Translations under genes and position numbers: made by a program
Shown here: positions 1 through 9,886 of the stretch, piece after piece
Position numbering within the stretch: position 1 is the stretch's first letter
How the letters are laid out: each line of letters opens with the position of its first letter
Notes under the pieces: model-generated
Databases searched by the model: none
Told to the model about the DNA's origin: nothing
Seen by the model: the letters and a program-made list of their open reading frames with translations, nothing else
NCBI GenBank assembly: GCA_965203175.1
Contig: OZ241867.1
Span: forward strand, 3,328,001 to 3,392,000
DNA from: Candidatus Latescibacterota bacterium
GTDB taxonomy: Bacteria > Latescibacterota > UBA2968 > UBA8231
Direction: 5' to 3'
DNA length: 64,000 nt

Positions 1-212
1 AGGGGGGATGCAGACACGACGGTAGCGACGATCGAGGAGAGTTTGTGAGAAGCCGTAGTGAGATGCTCGACAGAATCGTCCCACTCCTACTTGCCTTGGC
101 GCTAGCACACAAAATCCAATAGCACCAATTCTCTGGAAGCGCATTATGCGTGACATTCTCTTGGCGATTTGATGTTGGCGGCCCCACGCGGGGTGTTTTC
201 CTGTGAGGTAAT

Positions 213-1331
213 ATGATTGATTATCCGCTTCAGAACGGTCTCGTCCAGGCAAGTGCTCCGGTCGAAGTGGGCCAGGACACCGGCCATTTTTGGTTTCCGT
301 CTCTGCACCAAGTCGGCGACGACGCGCTGATCTGCGCCTGCATTCGCTCCGCTGACATCGCGCAGGGGAAGTGGCCAGCCGATCTTTTTGTGAGCTATGA
401 TGCTGGTAGTAGCTGGCACCCGGATCAGCGTATCGACTCGTACGGCCATACCTCCGTCCGGGATGCGTCGAGCACGTTGATGATGCCGTACGAGCAATGG
501 CCGCAAGCGCCGGGAGACCGGCAAAATTGCGTTGCTCCGGGCAACGTTCTGACGATGGTCGATGGTGCGCTCGTAGTCGAACCTCGGGACGTGCGGGTCT
601 GCAATTTTCCGCGCCCGCTCGCCGATTATCACGAAGATGTATTGCGGCTTCAGCACAACGGCAACATCTTGCGCCTTGAGGATGGGAACCTGTTGGCGAC
701 GATGTACGGAAAGTTCGACGGGGAAGAAGGCTATAACACGTTCGCCGTAGTCAGCGACGACGGCGGCTTTTCGTGGACGTACCGCAGTACTGTCGCTGGC
801 CCGGATGCCGCGCCCGGCGCGCCCGAAGGTCCTAACGAATCCAACACCCTGCGGCTGGACAACGGCGACCTGCTGTGCGTCTATCGCGTCGGCAGTAGGT
901 GGGACTTTCACAAGAGCGTCAGCGCGGATGAAGGCCGGACGTGGTCGCCGTCGGTGCGGATGGAGGGGATGGCCTCGGTGCAGCCAAGGCTAGCTCGGTT
1001 GGGCAATGGCGCGATAGTGCTGACCGGTGGCCGTCCGGGTCTGTTCTTTTGGCTCTGCGCCGATGGACAGGGCGAAAAATGGGAGCGGGTAAATCTAGGG
1101 GTGCATCACAATCGACTGGTCGAGCCGAATGCGGGTTTTTCAGACGCCTTCTGCAACGCGCAGGCCGGAGAGGACCCCGCCATGAGTACGTCGTACACCG
1201 CGCTGATGCCTTGGGGAGCCGATGGGTTGATCGTGGCCTACGACCGCTTGGCCAACGGCTGGGCTGGTGCCCCAGGGCCGAACGGGGACGTCGATCGGGT
1301 ATTTAGCTTATCAGTAGCAATTTCCATCTAA
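213..1331 (+). CDS. BNR/Asp-box repeat sialidase-family protein
   Basis: Asp-box motifs SYDAGSSW, SDDGGFSW, SADEGRTW; 372 aa ORF. Confidence 0.8.
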   Translation: MIDYPLQNGLVQASAPVEVGQDTGHFWFPSLHQVGDDALICACIRSADIAQGKWPADLFVSYDAGSSWHPDQRIDSYGHTSVRDASSTLMMPYEQWPQAPGDRQNCVAPGNVLTMVDGALVVEPRDVRVCNFPRPLADYHEDVLRLQHNGNILRLEDGNLLATMYGKFDGEEGYNTFAVVSDDGGFSWTYRSTVAGPDAAPGAPEGPNESNTLRLDNGDLLCVYRVGSRWDFHKSVSADEGRTWSPSVRMEGMASVQPRLARLGNGAIVLTGGRPGLFFWLCADGQGEKWERVNLGVHHNRLVEPNAGFSDAFCNAQAGEDPAMSTSYTALMPWGADGLIVAYDRLANGWAGAPGPNGDVDRVFSLSVAISI

Positions 1332-1346
1332 AAGAAAGGACCGGCC

Positions 1347-2837
1347 ATGCCCCGGCAAACGCCCAATATCATCTACATCCTCGCCGACGACATGGGATAC
1401 GGCGATATGGGATGCAACAACTCCGGCTGCAAAATTCCCACGCCCCACCTCGACCGCCTCGCTGCCCAGGGGATGCGCTTTACCGACGCCCATGCCTCCT
1501 CCAGCGTCTGCTCACCCAGCCGCTACGCCCTGCTTACGGGGCGCTATTGCTGGCGCACTCCGCTCAAGAGCAGCGTCCTGTGGCCCTGGGATCCGCCCTT
1601 GATAGAAGCCGATCGCCCCACAGTAGCCAAGCTGCTGCGCCAGCAGGGCTACCGCACCGCCTGCATCGGCAAGTGGCACCTCGGCTGGGAATGGGCGACC
1701 AAGGACGGCAAACCAGCCTACGGCGACGAGTCCATCGGCCGCCTCAACCGCGAGCAGCGCCAAGCCCTGGAGCGCAATATTGACTACAGTAAACCCATCG
1801 GCGGAGGCCCCCTAGCCTGTGGCTTTGACTCTTACTTTGGCGTCGATGTGCCTAACTTCCCGCCCTACACTTGGTTTGAGCAGGACCGGCTGGCCGCGGC
1901 CCCGACCGAGCAAAAACCCGAGGAGATGTTCGGCCTGCCCGGGGCCATGAAGCCGGACTGGAAATTGGAGGACATGGTCCCTGAATTCGTCCGCCGCGCC
2001 CGCGCTTACATCGCCGAAGCTGGCTCTGATCCCTTTTTCCTCTACCTGCCGCTGACCTCGCCGCACACGCCGATTGTTCCCAACCAGGACTTCATCGGTC
2101 GCAGCGGGGCGGGTCTGTATGGCGATTTTGTCTGCGAAGTTGATTGGGTGGTCGGGGAAATTATGGCCGCGCTCGACGCGCAAGGGCTAACCGACGACAC
2201 GCTGCTCATCTTCACCAGCGACAACGGCCCCGAGTGCAGCCGAGCTGCGGCTGGCGGCTGCTACGAGCACGTGCGTCAATTCGGGCACTACAGCATGGCC
2301 CATTTGCGCGGCGCCAAGCGCGACACTTGGGAAGGTGGCCACCGCGTGCCCTTTGTCGCTCGCTGGCCTGGGGTTACGCCGGCCGGATCGGTCTGTGACC
2401 AGCTCGCTTTGTTGGGCGATTTTATGGCCACTTGCGCCCAGTTGACCGGAGTCCAGTTGCCCTCGGGAGCAGCCGAGGACAGCATTAGCATATTGCCCTT
2501 GTTGCAGGGTCAGGTTGACGCGCCGGTGCGCCGCTCGGCCGTACACCACAGTTGCGCGGGCCGCTTTGCCCTGCGCCAAGACGACTGGGTCTTTATCGAC
2601 GCCCCTTCCGGCGACGACAACCGCGAGCCGGATTGGTTTAAGGCGGAGCGGGGTTATAGCGACCACGATTTTCCTGGGGAACTGTTCAACCTCAAAGACG
2701 ATATCGCCGAGCGGCAGAATTTGTACGGCCAGCACCCGGATATGGTGCACAGCATGTCGCGCCGCCTAGAGAAAATCAAAGTCCAAGGAGAAGCGCTGGC
2801 CGGTCCTTACGACGAGACGCTGGAGGAATCGGAGTAG
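1347..2837 (+). CDS. Arylsulfatase (formylglycine-dependent, family S1)
   Basis: PNIIYILADDMG, CSPSRYALLTG (CxPxR), GKWHLG, FTSDNG motifs; AAGGA RBS. Confidence 0.95.
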   Translation: MPRQTPNIIYILADDMGYGDMGCNNSGCKIPTPHLDRLAAQGMRFTDAHASSSVCSPSRYALLTGRYCWRTPLKSSVLWPWDPPLIEADRPTVAKLLRQQGYRTACIGKWHLGWEWATKDGKPAYGDESIGRLNREQRQALERNIDYSKPIGGGPLACGFDSYFGVDVPNFPPYTWFEQDRLAAAPTEQKPEEMFGLPGAMKPDWKLEDMVPEFVRRARAYIAEAGSDPFFLYLPLTSPHTPIVPNQDFIGRSGAGLYGDFVCEVDWVVGEIMAALDAQGLTDDTLLIFTSDNGPECSRAAAGGCYEHVRQFGHYSMAHLRGAKRDTWEGGHRVPFVARWPGVTPAGSVCDQLALLGDFMATCAQLTGVQLPSGAAEDSISILPLLQGQVDAPVRRSAVHHSCAGRFALRQDDWVFIDAPSGDDNREPDWFKAERGYSDHDFPGELFNLKDDIAERQNLYGQHPDMVHSMSRRLEKIKVQGEALAGPYDETLEESE

Positions 2838-4348
2838 AGAGGTGTAAAGCGGTACGCAAAGTCGCTGTATGGCGCAGCGAATGTATAGGCTCCCGGCTGT
2901 GCGGTCCCAATGGGGACGATTTTCATGTTCCACGTATCGACGGCGTCGATTTTATACGGTTGATTTCCCGACAATTCGAGGGTTATCGTCTGTGGGTCGG
3001 TGGTGTAAACGAGATAGTATTCCCCAGGTTTGGCGAGGACATACCGCCCGCTGTCGTCGCCAATCGGTTCGAGCGCATCAAATGCTGGCGCGTCTGCCAT
3101 AAACGATTTGAGGAATGCTATGCGCTTGGGGCTGTCGCCGTGCAGCACGCCGCCTTTTGCCCACCAGAGTAGGTCTTCGGGGTGTTTGTACGTTTCCCCG
3201 TGCCCGACGTAGCAACCGGAAACAGTCCCCGCCCAAAAGTGTTGCACCATCTGCCGTGCGCTGATATTTCCCCATCCTTGCGGAATGTCGCCCTCGTAGC
3301 GGCACTCGTCGTAAATCACGGGTTTTTTGTATTGGCTGAGATAGCGGATGCCGTGTTCCATATTGGAGGTTTGAATACTGGTGTGCGTTACCCACGGCTT
3401 GCTGTGGTCGTACCAGCGCCGCCCATTGTGAATCCCGCGCAATCGCTGATACGGGTCGTGGTCGCGGATGATTTGGAAAAATCGATCCCAGTCTGATTCT
3501 TCCTTTGCTGGCATGAAGTCGTATTCATTGGCCAGCGACCACCACACATTGCGGAAAGCGGCTAACCGCGCGACGGCGTAGCGGATGTAGCGGTCGTCAC
3601 TGGCCGCGTCCATGTTTTCGAAATCCCAGCGATCGTAGGTGTGAAACAGGATTAAATCGGCTTCAATACCAAGCTGCAAAAGGTCGAGCACGCGCTGCTC
3701 AAAGTGACGCCAGAACTCGGGATTAAATCGCGTGAAGTCCCAATTTTTCAGCGGCGAGCCTTCGAACGGATAGTACACCGGCTCGTTTTTGTTGTACACG
3801 TAATCTTTGGGGAAGATGCACATCCGCAGCTTGTTGAACGGTGCATTGGCGAGGGTTTGGAGCGTCTGTTCCTCCATGGCCTCTCCTTGATGCGCCCAAG
3901 CGTAACAGGTTGTCCCGAATTGGTGATACGGTGTTCCGTTGGCATACTGGAAGTAGAAGTCGTTGTGAATGCGCACGGGTCCGTGATTGTCTGCGGATGG
4001 TGCAATGCACGTAAACTGGCCGGTCTTGCCGTCGAGGGCGGCGTGGTTGCTTTTTGTGATATACGTCCATTCGCCGACCTCATCGGGCATAAAGCGAATT
4101 TTGTACACGCCGTCTCCATCGTAAAATCCGTGCGGCTCAAAGACGCGACCGTTTAGTGCAAATTCTGCTGTTAATTCGACATCGACGAATGGATTGCCCG
4201 TCTCCGGGCCGGTTAGTGTGAGTTCATACATGCCCCAGCGTTCGACCATGTTTATCTCCAAGTCTTGTGTAGATTCAGCGGAAGCTACGCCCAGCGAGAA
4301 GATAGCCATGAGAATCACCACCTGTAAAACTCGTCGGACTATTGGCAC
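2807..4348 (-). CDS. DUF5060/DUF4038/DUF5605 putative glycoside hydrolase (apiosidase-like), signal peptide
   Basis: GNPFVDVEL..GFYDGDG N-terminal domain, GTTCYAW, WWSLANEYD, DECRYEG; hydrophobic N-terminus. Confidence 0.8.
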   Translation of the reverse strand: MPIVRRVLQVVILMAIFSLGVASAESTQDLEINMVERWGMYELTLTGPETGNPFVDVELTAEFALNGRVFEPHGFYDGDGVYKIRFMPDEVGEWTYITKSNHAALDGKTGQFTCIAPSADNHGPVRIHNDFYFQYANGTPYHQFGTTCYAWAHQGEAMEEQTLQTLANAPFNKLRMCIFPKDYVYNKNEPVYYPFEGSPLKNWDFTRFNPEFWRHFEQRVLDLLQLGIEADLILFHTYDRWDFENMDAASDDRYIRYAVARLAAFRNVWWSLANEYDFMPAKEESDWDRFFQIIRDHDPYQRLRGIHNGRRWYDHSKPWVTHTSIQTSNMEHGIRYLSQYKKPVIYDECRYEGDIPQGWGNISARQMVQHFWAGTVSGCYVGHGETYKHPEDLLWWAKGGVLHGDSPKRIAFLKSFMADAPAFDALEPIGDDSGRYVLAKPGEYYLVYTTDPQTITLELSGNQPYKIDAVDTWNMKIVPIGTAQPGAYTFAAPYSDFAYRFTPLYSDSSSVSS

Positions 4349-4424
4349 CTTTTATCTCCCTCAAATGCAAACATTATTGCAAATTTCTTTACAAAATAGG
4401 ATTCTAAGTTCTATATTGTAAAAA

Positions 4425-5591
4425 ATGTATATCCAACGTCAGCTCAGTTCCCAGCTCAAAAAGCTGGTCCCGCTCTATCCAATTCTCTCGGTCTCCGGTC
4501 CGCGTCAGTCGGGCAAGACTACGCTTGTGCGCGAGGTTTTCCCCGACTACGCCTACGTTAATCTCGAACGGCTCGACGACCGTTTAGCAGCCGAAGAAGA
4601 TCCGCGGCGCTTTCTGGAAAGGCATGAGGGCCAGGGGCTAATCATCGACGAGGCGCAGAAGGTGCCGGCGTTGTTTTCCTACTTGCAGGTGCTGGTGGAC
4701 GAGTGCGGCACCATGGGCCAATTCGTCCTTACAGGTTCGCAAAATTTCTTGCTGCTGGAGCAGGTCAGCCAATCGCTGGCCGGACGCGTCGCTCTGCACA
4801 CGCTGCTGCCCTTTTCCCAGCAGGAGCTTGCGGCTAGCTCCGATCTAAGCCTAGACGAAAGCCTGTTCAAAGGCGGCTATCCCGTCCTCTACGATCGCGG
4901 CGTCGCCCCGCCAGACTACTATCCAGCCTATATCCAGACCTATGTCGAGCGCGATGTGAGGAGCCTGCGCAATATCGGCGACCTGAGCGCCTTCCAGCGC
5001 TTTTTGCGAGTCTGTGCTGGGCGCGTCGGACAATTGCTCGATTTGAGCAGCCTCGGCAATGACCTAGGGATCAACTACAAGACGGTGCGCGCTTGGATTT
5101 CAGTATTGGAAGCGAGTTATATCGCCTTCTTGCTCTATCCACATCACGAGAATTTTTCCAAGCGGCTCATCAAGTCGCCCAAGCTCTACTTCTACGACAC
5201 GGGCCTGCTGTGCTCGCTTTTGGGGCTGGAGGCGGCCGACCAACTCGCCACCCACTATTTGCGCGGGGCGATTTTTGAGAATTGGGTCATCGCCGAGATA
5301 ATCAAACAGCACGTCAACGCGGGCTGTCGTCCAGACCTCTACTTCTGGCGCGACAACATTGGCAACGAGTTAGACTTGCTCTACGAGCGGGGAGGTCGGC
5401 GACAGGTGGTCGAAATCAAGGCAGGCGCGACGCTGGGGACGGATCAGTTCAAGGGTTTGCGCTACTATAAGAAATTGGCGACGGCCTTGCCGGTGGAGCA
5501 GGACTACTATCTGATCTACGGTGGGGAGGAGCGTCAGGAACGCGCCCATGGGATCGTCTTGGGATGGCGGGATGTTGGGGAACTGATCTAG
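4425..5591 (+). CDS. AAA_14 ATPase with DUF4143 domain
   Basis: GPRQSGKT Walker A, IIDEAQ, LTGSQ, KSPKLYFYDTG, C-terminal ELD..EIK. Confidence 0.9.
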   Translation: MYIQRQLSSQLKKLVPLYPILSVSGPRQSGKTTLVREVFPDYAYVNLERLDDRLAAEEDPRRFLERHEGQGLIIDEAQKVPALFSYLQVLVDECGTMGQFVLTGSQNFLLLEQVSQSLAGRVALHTLLPFSQQELAASSDLSLDESLFKGGYPVLYDRGVAPPDYYPAYIQTYVERDVRSLRNIGDLSAFQRFLRVCAGRVGQLLDLSSLGNDLGINYKTVRAWISVLEASYIAFLLYPHHENFSKRLIKSPKLYFYDTGLLCSLLGLEAADQLATHYLRGAIFENWVIAEIIKQHVNAGCRPDLYFWRDNIGNELDLLYERGGRRQVVEIKAGATLGTDQFKGLRYYKKLATALPVEQDYYLIYGGEERQERAHGIVLGWRDVGELI

Positions 5592-5698
5592 TATGCGGCG
5601 ACGGTCAGTTGGACTTTCCTCGTTGCGGTGGCATAATGCGATCAGCCAATTCTCGGGTTAAGTACAAGTATCGAGTACTGACCAATGGTGTCTGATGG

Positions 5699-7459
5699 TT
5701 ATCTAACCAACATCGTCTTGCCCACGAACTCCGCCTCTGCGTCTTCGGTTTTCAACCTATAGAAGTACAAACCGTCGCTGAGTTCGCGGCCGGCATCGTC
5801 TCGCCCGTCCCAGACGATACTATAGTTGCCGGGATTCTGATGGCCCAAAGCAAAGGTTCGAACGTGCTGTCCGGCTACATCGTAAATAGCTAACTCAGCC
5901 GATGTGGCGGTGGCTATTTCATACGAGATGGTCGGGGTAACGGGTTTGAGCGCGCGAAGTTTGGCCTTCAGTTCGGCGGGCCATTCGTCCGGATCGGTCG
6001 CCTCTCGCCAAGGCATGCGCTGACGGACCTCCTCGGCGAATAGAAGCTGGCGTTCCAACTCTTCGGACCATTCCTCTTCGGACCATTCGTCCGGATCGGT
6101 CGCCATTGCCTGCTGCCAGATCCTATTATCCGAACTCGGCTTAGCCGCGCCTTTGGCCTTCGCCGGTTGCGGTTCCGTGGCGATGATCTGATTGACGAGC
6201 CCTACTTGACGGGCGATATCCATGATCTGGACGATCTGACTGTGCGTGGCGCGCTCGTCTCCTTGGATAAAAATCATCGTGGTGTTGTCCAACTGTTGTC
6301 TCTTCGCCTGCAATTCCTCTTTGAGGGTTGTAAACGTCACTGACTTGTTGTTCAGCTTCATGTTGCCGTCTTGATCCACGATGAGAAAGATATTCTTCTT
6401 ACTCGACTCAGTCGCGACTTTGGACACTTTCGAAGTGATGCCACAAGAGGGCAGCGTCACGGCGGCTAGGGGGCATAGCAGTACCGCCGCTAACACGCGC
6501 GCCCGCGTGCCCATCCGGCGCGCACTGCCGCCAAGCGTCCTGCGGATTCTCAGTGCCAAATCCGATTCGGTTGCTGCAAAAGCGTTCATCGTGGGGATTC
6601 TCCTCATCAAAGGGTTTAAGTGAGCCACCTGTTCGGCGACGTGAGCTAGGCCGCGCGCATAGGCTTCTGAGCGGCCGGTGACGCATACGACGAGATCGTC
6701 GCAGGCTTGTTCGGCTTCCCGCCGCAACATGCGACCGCACAGCCATACGGCGGGGTGGAAGAACAATACAGCGGAGACTAGTCGGTGCAGCAGCATCGTG
6801 AGGTTGTCCCAGCGGCGCACGTGTGCTAGCTCGTGCGTGAGGACCAAGGAGAGTTCGTCGGTGCGCAGTTTCTCCACGAGATCGGTGGGCAATACAATGA
6901 TCGGTCTCAGAATGCCCAGCGCCATCGGCGAGTTGATAGAAGGGGAGGTTGCCACTTCGATCTTGGGATAGCCATCGAGTATCCGACGTGCTTGCTGCAG
7001 GGCGTCGAAAAGCGGGCCGTCGTGCTGTACCTGCGCTTGTTGTCGCAAGTGCCAGACGATGCCGTAGCCGATCAGAAGTCGCCCGATGAGCAGCGCCGCA
7101 CCTATTAGCCACAGTATTACTCCCCAGCCGGCTGTAGTAAGTTGCACACTACTTGTGGCAATTGTCGGAGAAGCCGCTACTTGCATCGTTGGATGCTCGA
7201 CGTGCAAGGACGGGGCATTCCAATCAGGTCCCAAGAGTGATACCAATGGCGTGAATAGCGAATAGGGCGAACTGACCGCGATGGAAACGAGCGGCTTGAG
7301 CAGCACGACCGCCCACAACAGGTGACGCAAGGCCGGCGACTTTATTGGCAATAGGCGACTGGTGACTAGGACTAAGACCGCCAGCGCTGCTAACTCGATA
7401 CTTAGCTGACTAAACCAACCGAATAGCTGGCTACCTAACTCGTTTAAAGCCGCGTTCAT
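5699..7459 (-). CDS. BlaR1/M56 metallopeptidase with ExbD-like and FlgD-Ig-like C-terminal domains (paralogue 2)
   Basis: HELAH zinc motif, FFHPAVW, EQACDD; ExbD-like IQGDERATHSQIVQIMDIARQVG; WDGRDDAG..GLYFYRL. Confidence 0.85.
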   Translation of the reverse strand: MNAALNELGSQLFGWFSQLSIELAALAVLVLVTSRLLPIKSPALRHLLWAVVLLKPLVSIAVSSPYSLFTPLVSLLGPDWNAPSLHVEHPTMQVAASPTIATSSVQLTTAGWGVILWLIGAALLIGRLLIGYGIVWHLRQQAQVQHDGPLFDALQQARRILDGYPKIEVATSPSINSPMALGILRPIIVLPTDLVEKLRTDELSLVLTHELAHVRRWDNLTMLLHRLVSAVLFFHPAVWLCGRMLRREAEQACDDLVVCVTGRSEAYARGLAHVAEQVAHLNPLMRRIPTMNAFAATESDLALRIRRTLGGSARRMGTRARVLAAVLLCPLAAVTLPSCGITSKVSKVATESSKKNIFLIVDQDGNMKLNNKSVTFTTLKEELQAKRQQLDNTTMIFIQGDERATHSQIVQIMDIARQVGLVNQIIATEPQPAKAKGAAKPSSDNRIWQQAMATDPDEWSEEEWSEELERQLLFAEEVRQRMPWREATDPDEWPAELKAKLRALKPVTPTISYEIATATSAELAIYDVAGQHVRTFALGHQNPGNYSIVWDGRDDAGRELSDGLYFYRLKTEDAEAEFVGKTMLVR

Positions 7460-7535
7460 CGCGGGTCTCCTTTTCTGCGCTCAAGGGTTGGGTCCAGTTC
7501 CTCCCGGATCGCCGTCAATTCCTCGTCCGTGAGCG
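7456..7535 (-). pseudogene. Duplicated 3' fragment of blaI preceding the second M56 gene
   Basis: 80 bp closely matching 9883-9962 (blaI 3' end, including the RBS of the M56 gene). Confidence 0.85.
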
Positions 7536-7582
7536 ACTAGTCATCTGGCAGTTTAACCATCTTGCGGGTGCACGTTTGATGG

Positions 7583-9886
7583 TTATCTAACCAATATCAT
7601 CCTGTACGCTATATGCTTGTTCGCTTCTCTGTCGGATTTCAATGAATAGAAGTACACGCCGTTGCTGCGCTCGCGGCCGGCATCGTCCCGTCCGTCCCAG
7701 ACGATGCTATATTTGCCGGGACTCTGATCGCCCAAAAAAAAGGTTCGAACGAGCTCTCCGGCTACATTGGAAATAAATAATTCTTCAGCCGGTGAGGCGG
7801 TGGCTATTTCATACGAGATATTACCGGGTTTGAGTGCGAGGAGCTGGGTTTTGAGTTCGTCAGACCACTCGTCTGAATCGGTCTCTTCCACCTGCCGCCA
7901 AAGCCTTCTCTGACGGACCTTCTCGGCGATTTCCTCGATGGTACTGTCAGGCTCAAGCCCGAAAAGCAGGGTTTTGAGTGCGAGGAGCAGGGTTTTGAGT
8001 TCGTCAGACCATTCATCTGGATCAGTGGCCATCGCCTCTTGCCGGATTTTATCCCAGCTCTGACGGACCGCATAGGCGATTTCCTTGATGGTTCTGTTGG
8101 GTTTGAGTGCGAGGAGCTGGGTTTTGAGTTCGTCGGACCATCTATCTGGATTAGTGGCCATCGCCTCTTGCCAGATTCTGTCATGCCGACTTGGCTCAAC
8201 CGCTACTTTGGTCACTTCCGGTTGCGGTTTCGTGGCCACTAACTGATCGACAAGCCCTACTTGGCGGGCGAAATCCATGATCCCGGCGATCATTCCGTGC
8301 GGAGCACGCTCGTCTCCTTGGATGATAATCATCGTAGTATTGTCCAATAGTCGTCTCTTCGTCCGCAATATATCTTTAAGATCCGTAAACGCCACTGATT
8401 TGTCGTTCAGCATTATATTGCCGTGCTGGTCCACGACGATAAAGGGATTTTCCGCGGTAAGGTTATCGTCATTCCGACTCAACTCAGTCGCGACATTGGC
8501 CACCTCCGGAGTAGTGTCACAAACGACCATATCGACGAGCCCTACTTGGCGGGCGACATACATGATCTGGACGATCTGCCCGTGCGGGGTGTGCCCGTCG
8601 CTTTGGATGACAATCATCGTAGTATTGTCCAACAGTCGTCTCTTCGCCTGCAGTTCTTCTTTAAGCGTTTCAAAAGTCACCGACTCGTCGTTCAGCTTCA
8701 TGTTGCCGTCTTGATCCACGACCAGAAGGATACGCTCATCCTGACCCGACAGCAGTCGTCTCTTCGCCTGCAATTCCTCTTTGAGGGTCGCAAACGTCAC
8801 TGGTTTGTCGTCTTGCTTCACGAGGATAAAGGGACGCTTATCCTGACTCGACTCAGCCGAGATTTTGGATACAGAGGGTAGGGTTATGGCGGCTAGGGGG
8901 CATAGCAATACCGCCGCCAACACGCGCGTCCGCATGCCCATCCGGCGCGCACCGCCGCCAAGCGTCCTACGAATTCTCAGCGCCAGATCCGATTCCGCTG
9001 CAAAGGCGTTCATGGTGGGGATTCTCCTTATCAAAGGGTTTGAGTGGACCACCCGTTCAGCGACGTGAGCCAAGCCGCGCGCATAGGCTTCTGAGCGGCC
9101 AGTGGAGCATACCACCAGATCGTCGCAGGCCTGTTCGGCTTCCCGCCGCAACATGCGACCGCACAGCCACACAGCGGGATGGAAGAATAATACAGCGGAG
9201 ACTAGTCGGTGCAGCAGCCTTGTGAGGTTGTCCCAGCGGCGCACGTGTGCCAGTTCGTGCATGAGGATCAAGGCGAGTTCGTCGGTGCGCAGTTTCTCTA
9301 CGAGATCGGCGGGGAAAACAATGATCGGTCTCAGGATGCCCAGCGCCATTGGCGAACTGATAGAAGGAGAGATCGCCACCTCGACCTTGGGATAGCAGTC
9401 GAGCGTCCGACGCGCTTGCCGCAGAGCGTCGCAAAGTGGCCCGTCGTGCCGCACTTGTACCTGCTGCCGCAAGCACCAGACGATGCCGTAGCCGACCAGA
9501 ATCCGCCCGATGAGCAGCACCGCACCTGCTATCCACAGTATCGCTCCCCAGCCGGCTGTAGTAAGCGGCACACTACTTGTGGCAATTGTTGGAGAAGCCG
9601 CTACTTGCATCGTTGGGTACTCGACGGGCGAGAATGCGAGGGTGTCCCGACTGGGTTCCAAGAGTGACACGAACGGTGTAAATAGCGTATAGGGCGAGCT
9701 GATTGCGATGGCGACGAGCGGCTTGAGCAGCACGATTGCCCACAACAGGTGGCGCAAGGCCGGCGACTTTATTGGCAATAGGTAACTGGCGACTAGAACT
9801 AAGACCGCTAGCGCCGCTAGTTCGATACTTAATTGACCAAACCAGCCGAATAGTTGGTTACCTAACTCGTTCAAAGCCGCATTCAT
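7583..9886 (-). CDS. BlaR1/M56 metallopeptidase with ~2.5 ExbD-like domains, helical repeats and FlgD-Ig-like domain (paralogue 1)
   Basis: HELAH motif; repeated VDQxGN.LND.SV.F..LK; three DxWSDELKT repeats; WDGRDDAG; ATGA overlap with blaI. Confidence 0.85.
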   Translation of the reverse strand: MNAALNELGNQLFGWFGQLSIELAALAVLVLVASYLLPIKSPALRHLLWAIVLLKPLVAIAISSPYTLFTPFVSLLEPSRDTLAFSPVEYPTMQVAASPTIATSSVPLTTAGWGAILWIAGAVLLIGRILVGYGIVWCLRQQVQVRHDGPLCDALRQARRTLDCYPKVEVAISPSISSPMALGILRPIIVFPADLVEKLRTDELALILMHELAHVRRWDNLTRLLHRLVSAVLFFHPAVWLCGRMLRREAEQACDDLVVCSTGRSEAYARGLAHVAERVVHSNPLIRRIPTMNAFAAESDLALRIRRTLGGGARRMGMRTRVLAAVLLCPLAAITLPSVSKISAESSQDKRPFILVKQDDKPVTFATLKEELQAKRRLLSGQDERILLVVDQDGNMKLNDESVTFETLKEELQAKRRLLDNTTMIVIQSDGHTPHGQIVQIMYVARQVGLVDMVVCDTTPEVANVATELSRNDDNLTAENPFIVVDQHGNIMLNDKSVAFTDLKDILRTKRRLLDNTTMIIIQGDERAPHGMIAGIMDFARQVGLVDQLVATKPQPEVTKVAVEPSRHDRIWQEAMATNPDRWSDELKTQLLALKPNRTIKEIAYAVRQSWDKIRQEAMATDPDEWSDELKTLLLALKTLLFGLEPDSTIEEIAEKVRQRRLWRQVEETDSDEWSDELKTQLLALKPGNISYEIATASPAEELFISNVAGELVRTFFLGDQSPGKYSIVWDGRDDAGRERSNGVYFYSLKSDREANKHIAYRMILVR

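Noticed and set aside
1-48. 3' end of an upstream CDS (RGDADTTVATIEESL*)
   Set aside because: Too short to support or identify.
144-911. Long antisense and alternate-frame ORFs here and throughout the GC-rich genes
   Set aside because: They overlap well-supported genes and lack motifs, as expected at high GC.
5699-9886. Diversity-generating retroelement acting on the M56 paralogues
   Set aside because: No reverse transcriptase, and the differences are not adenine-specific.
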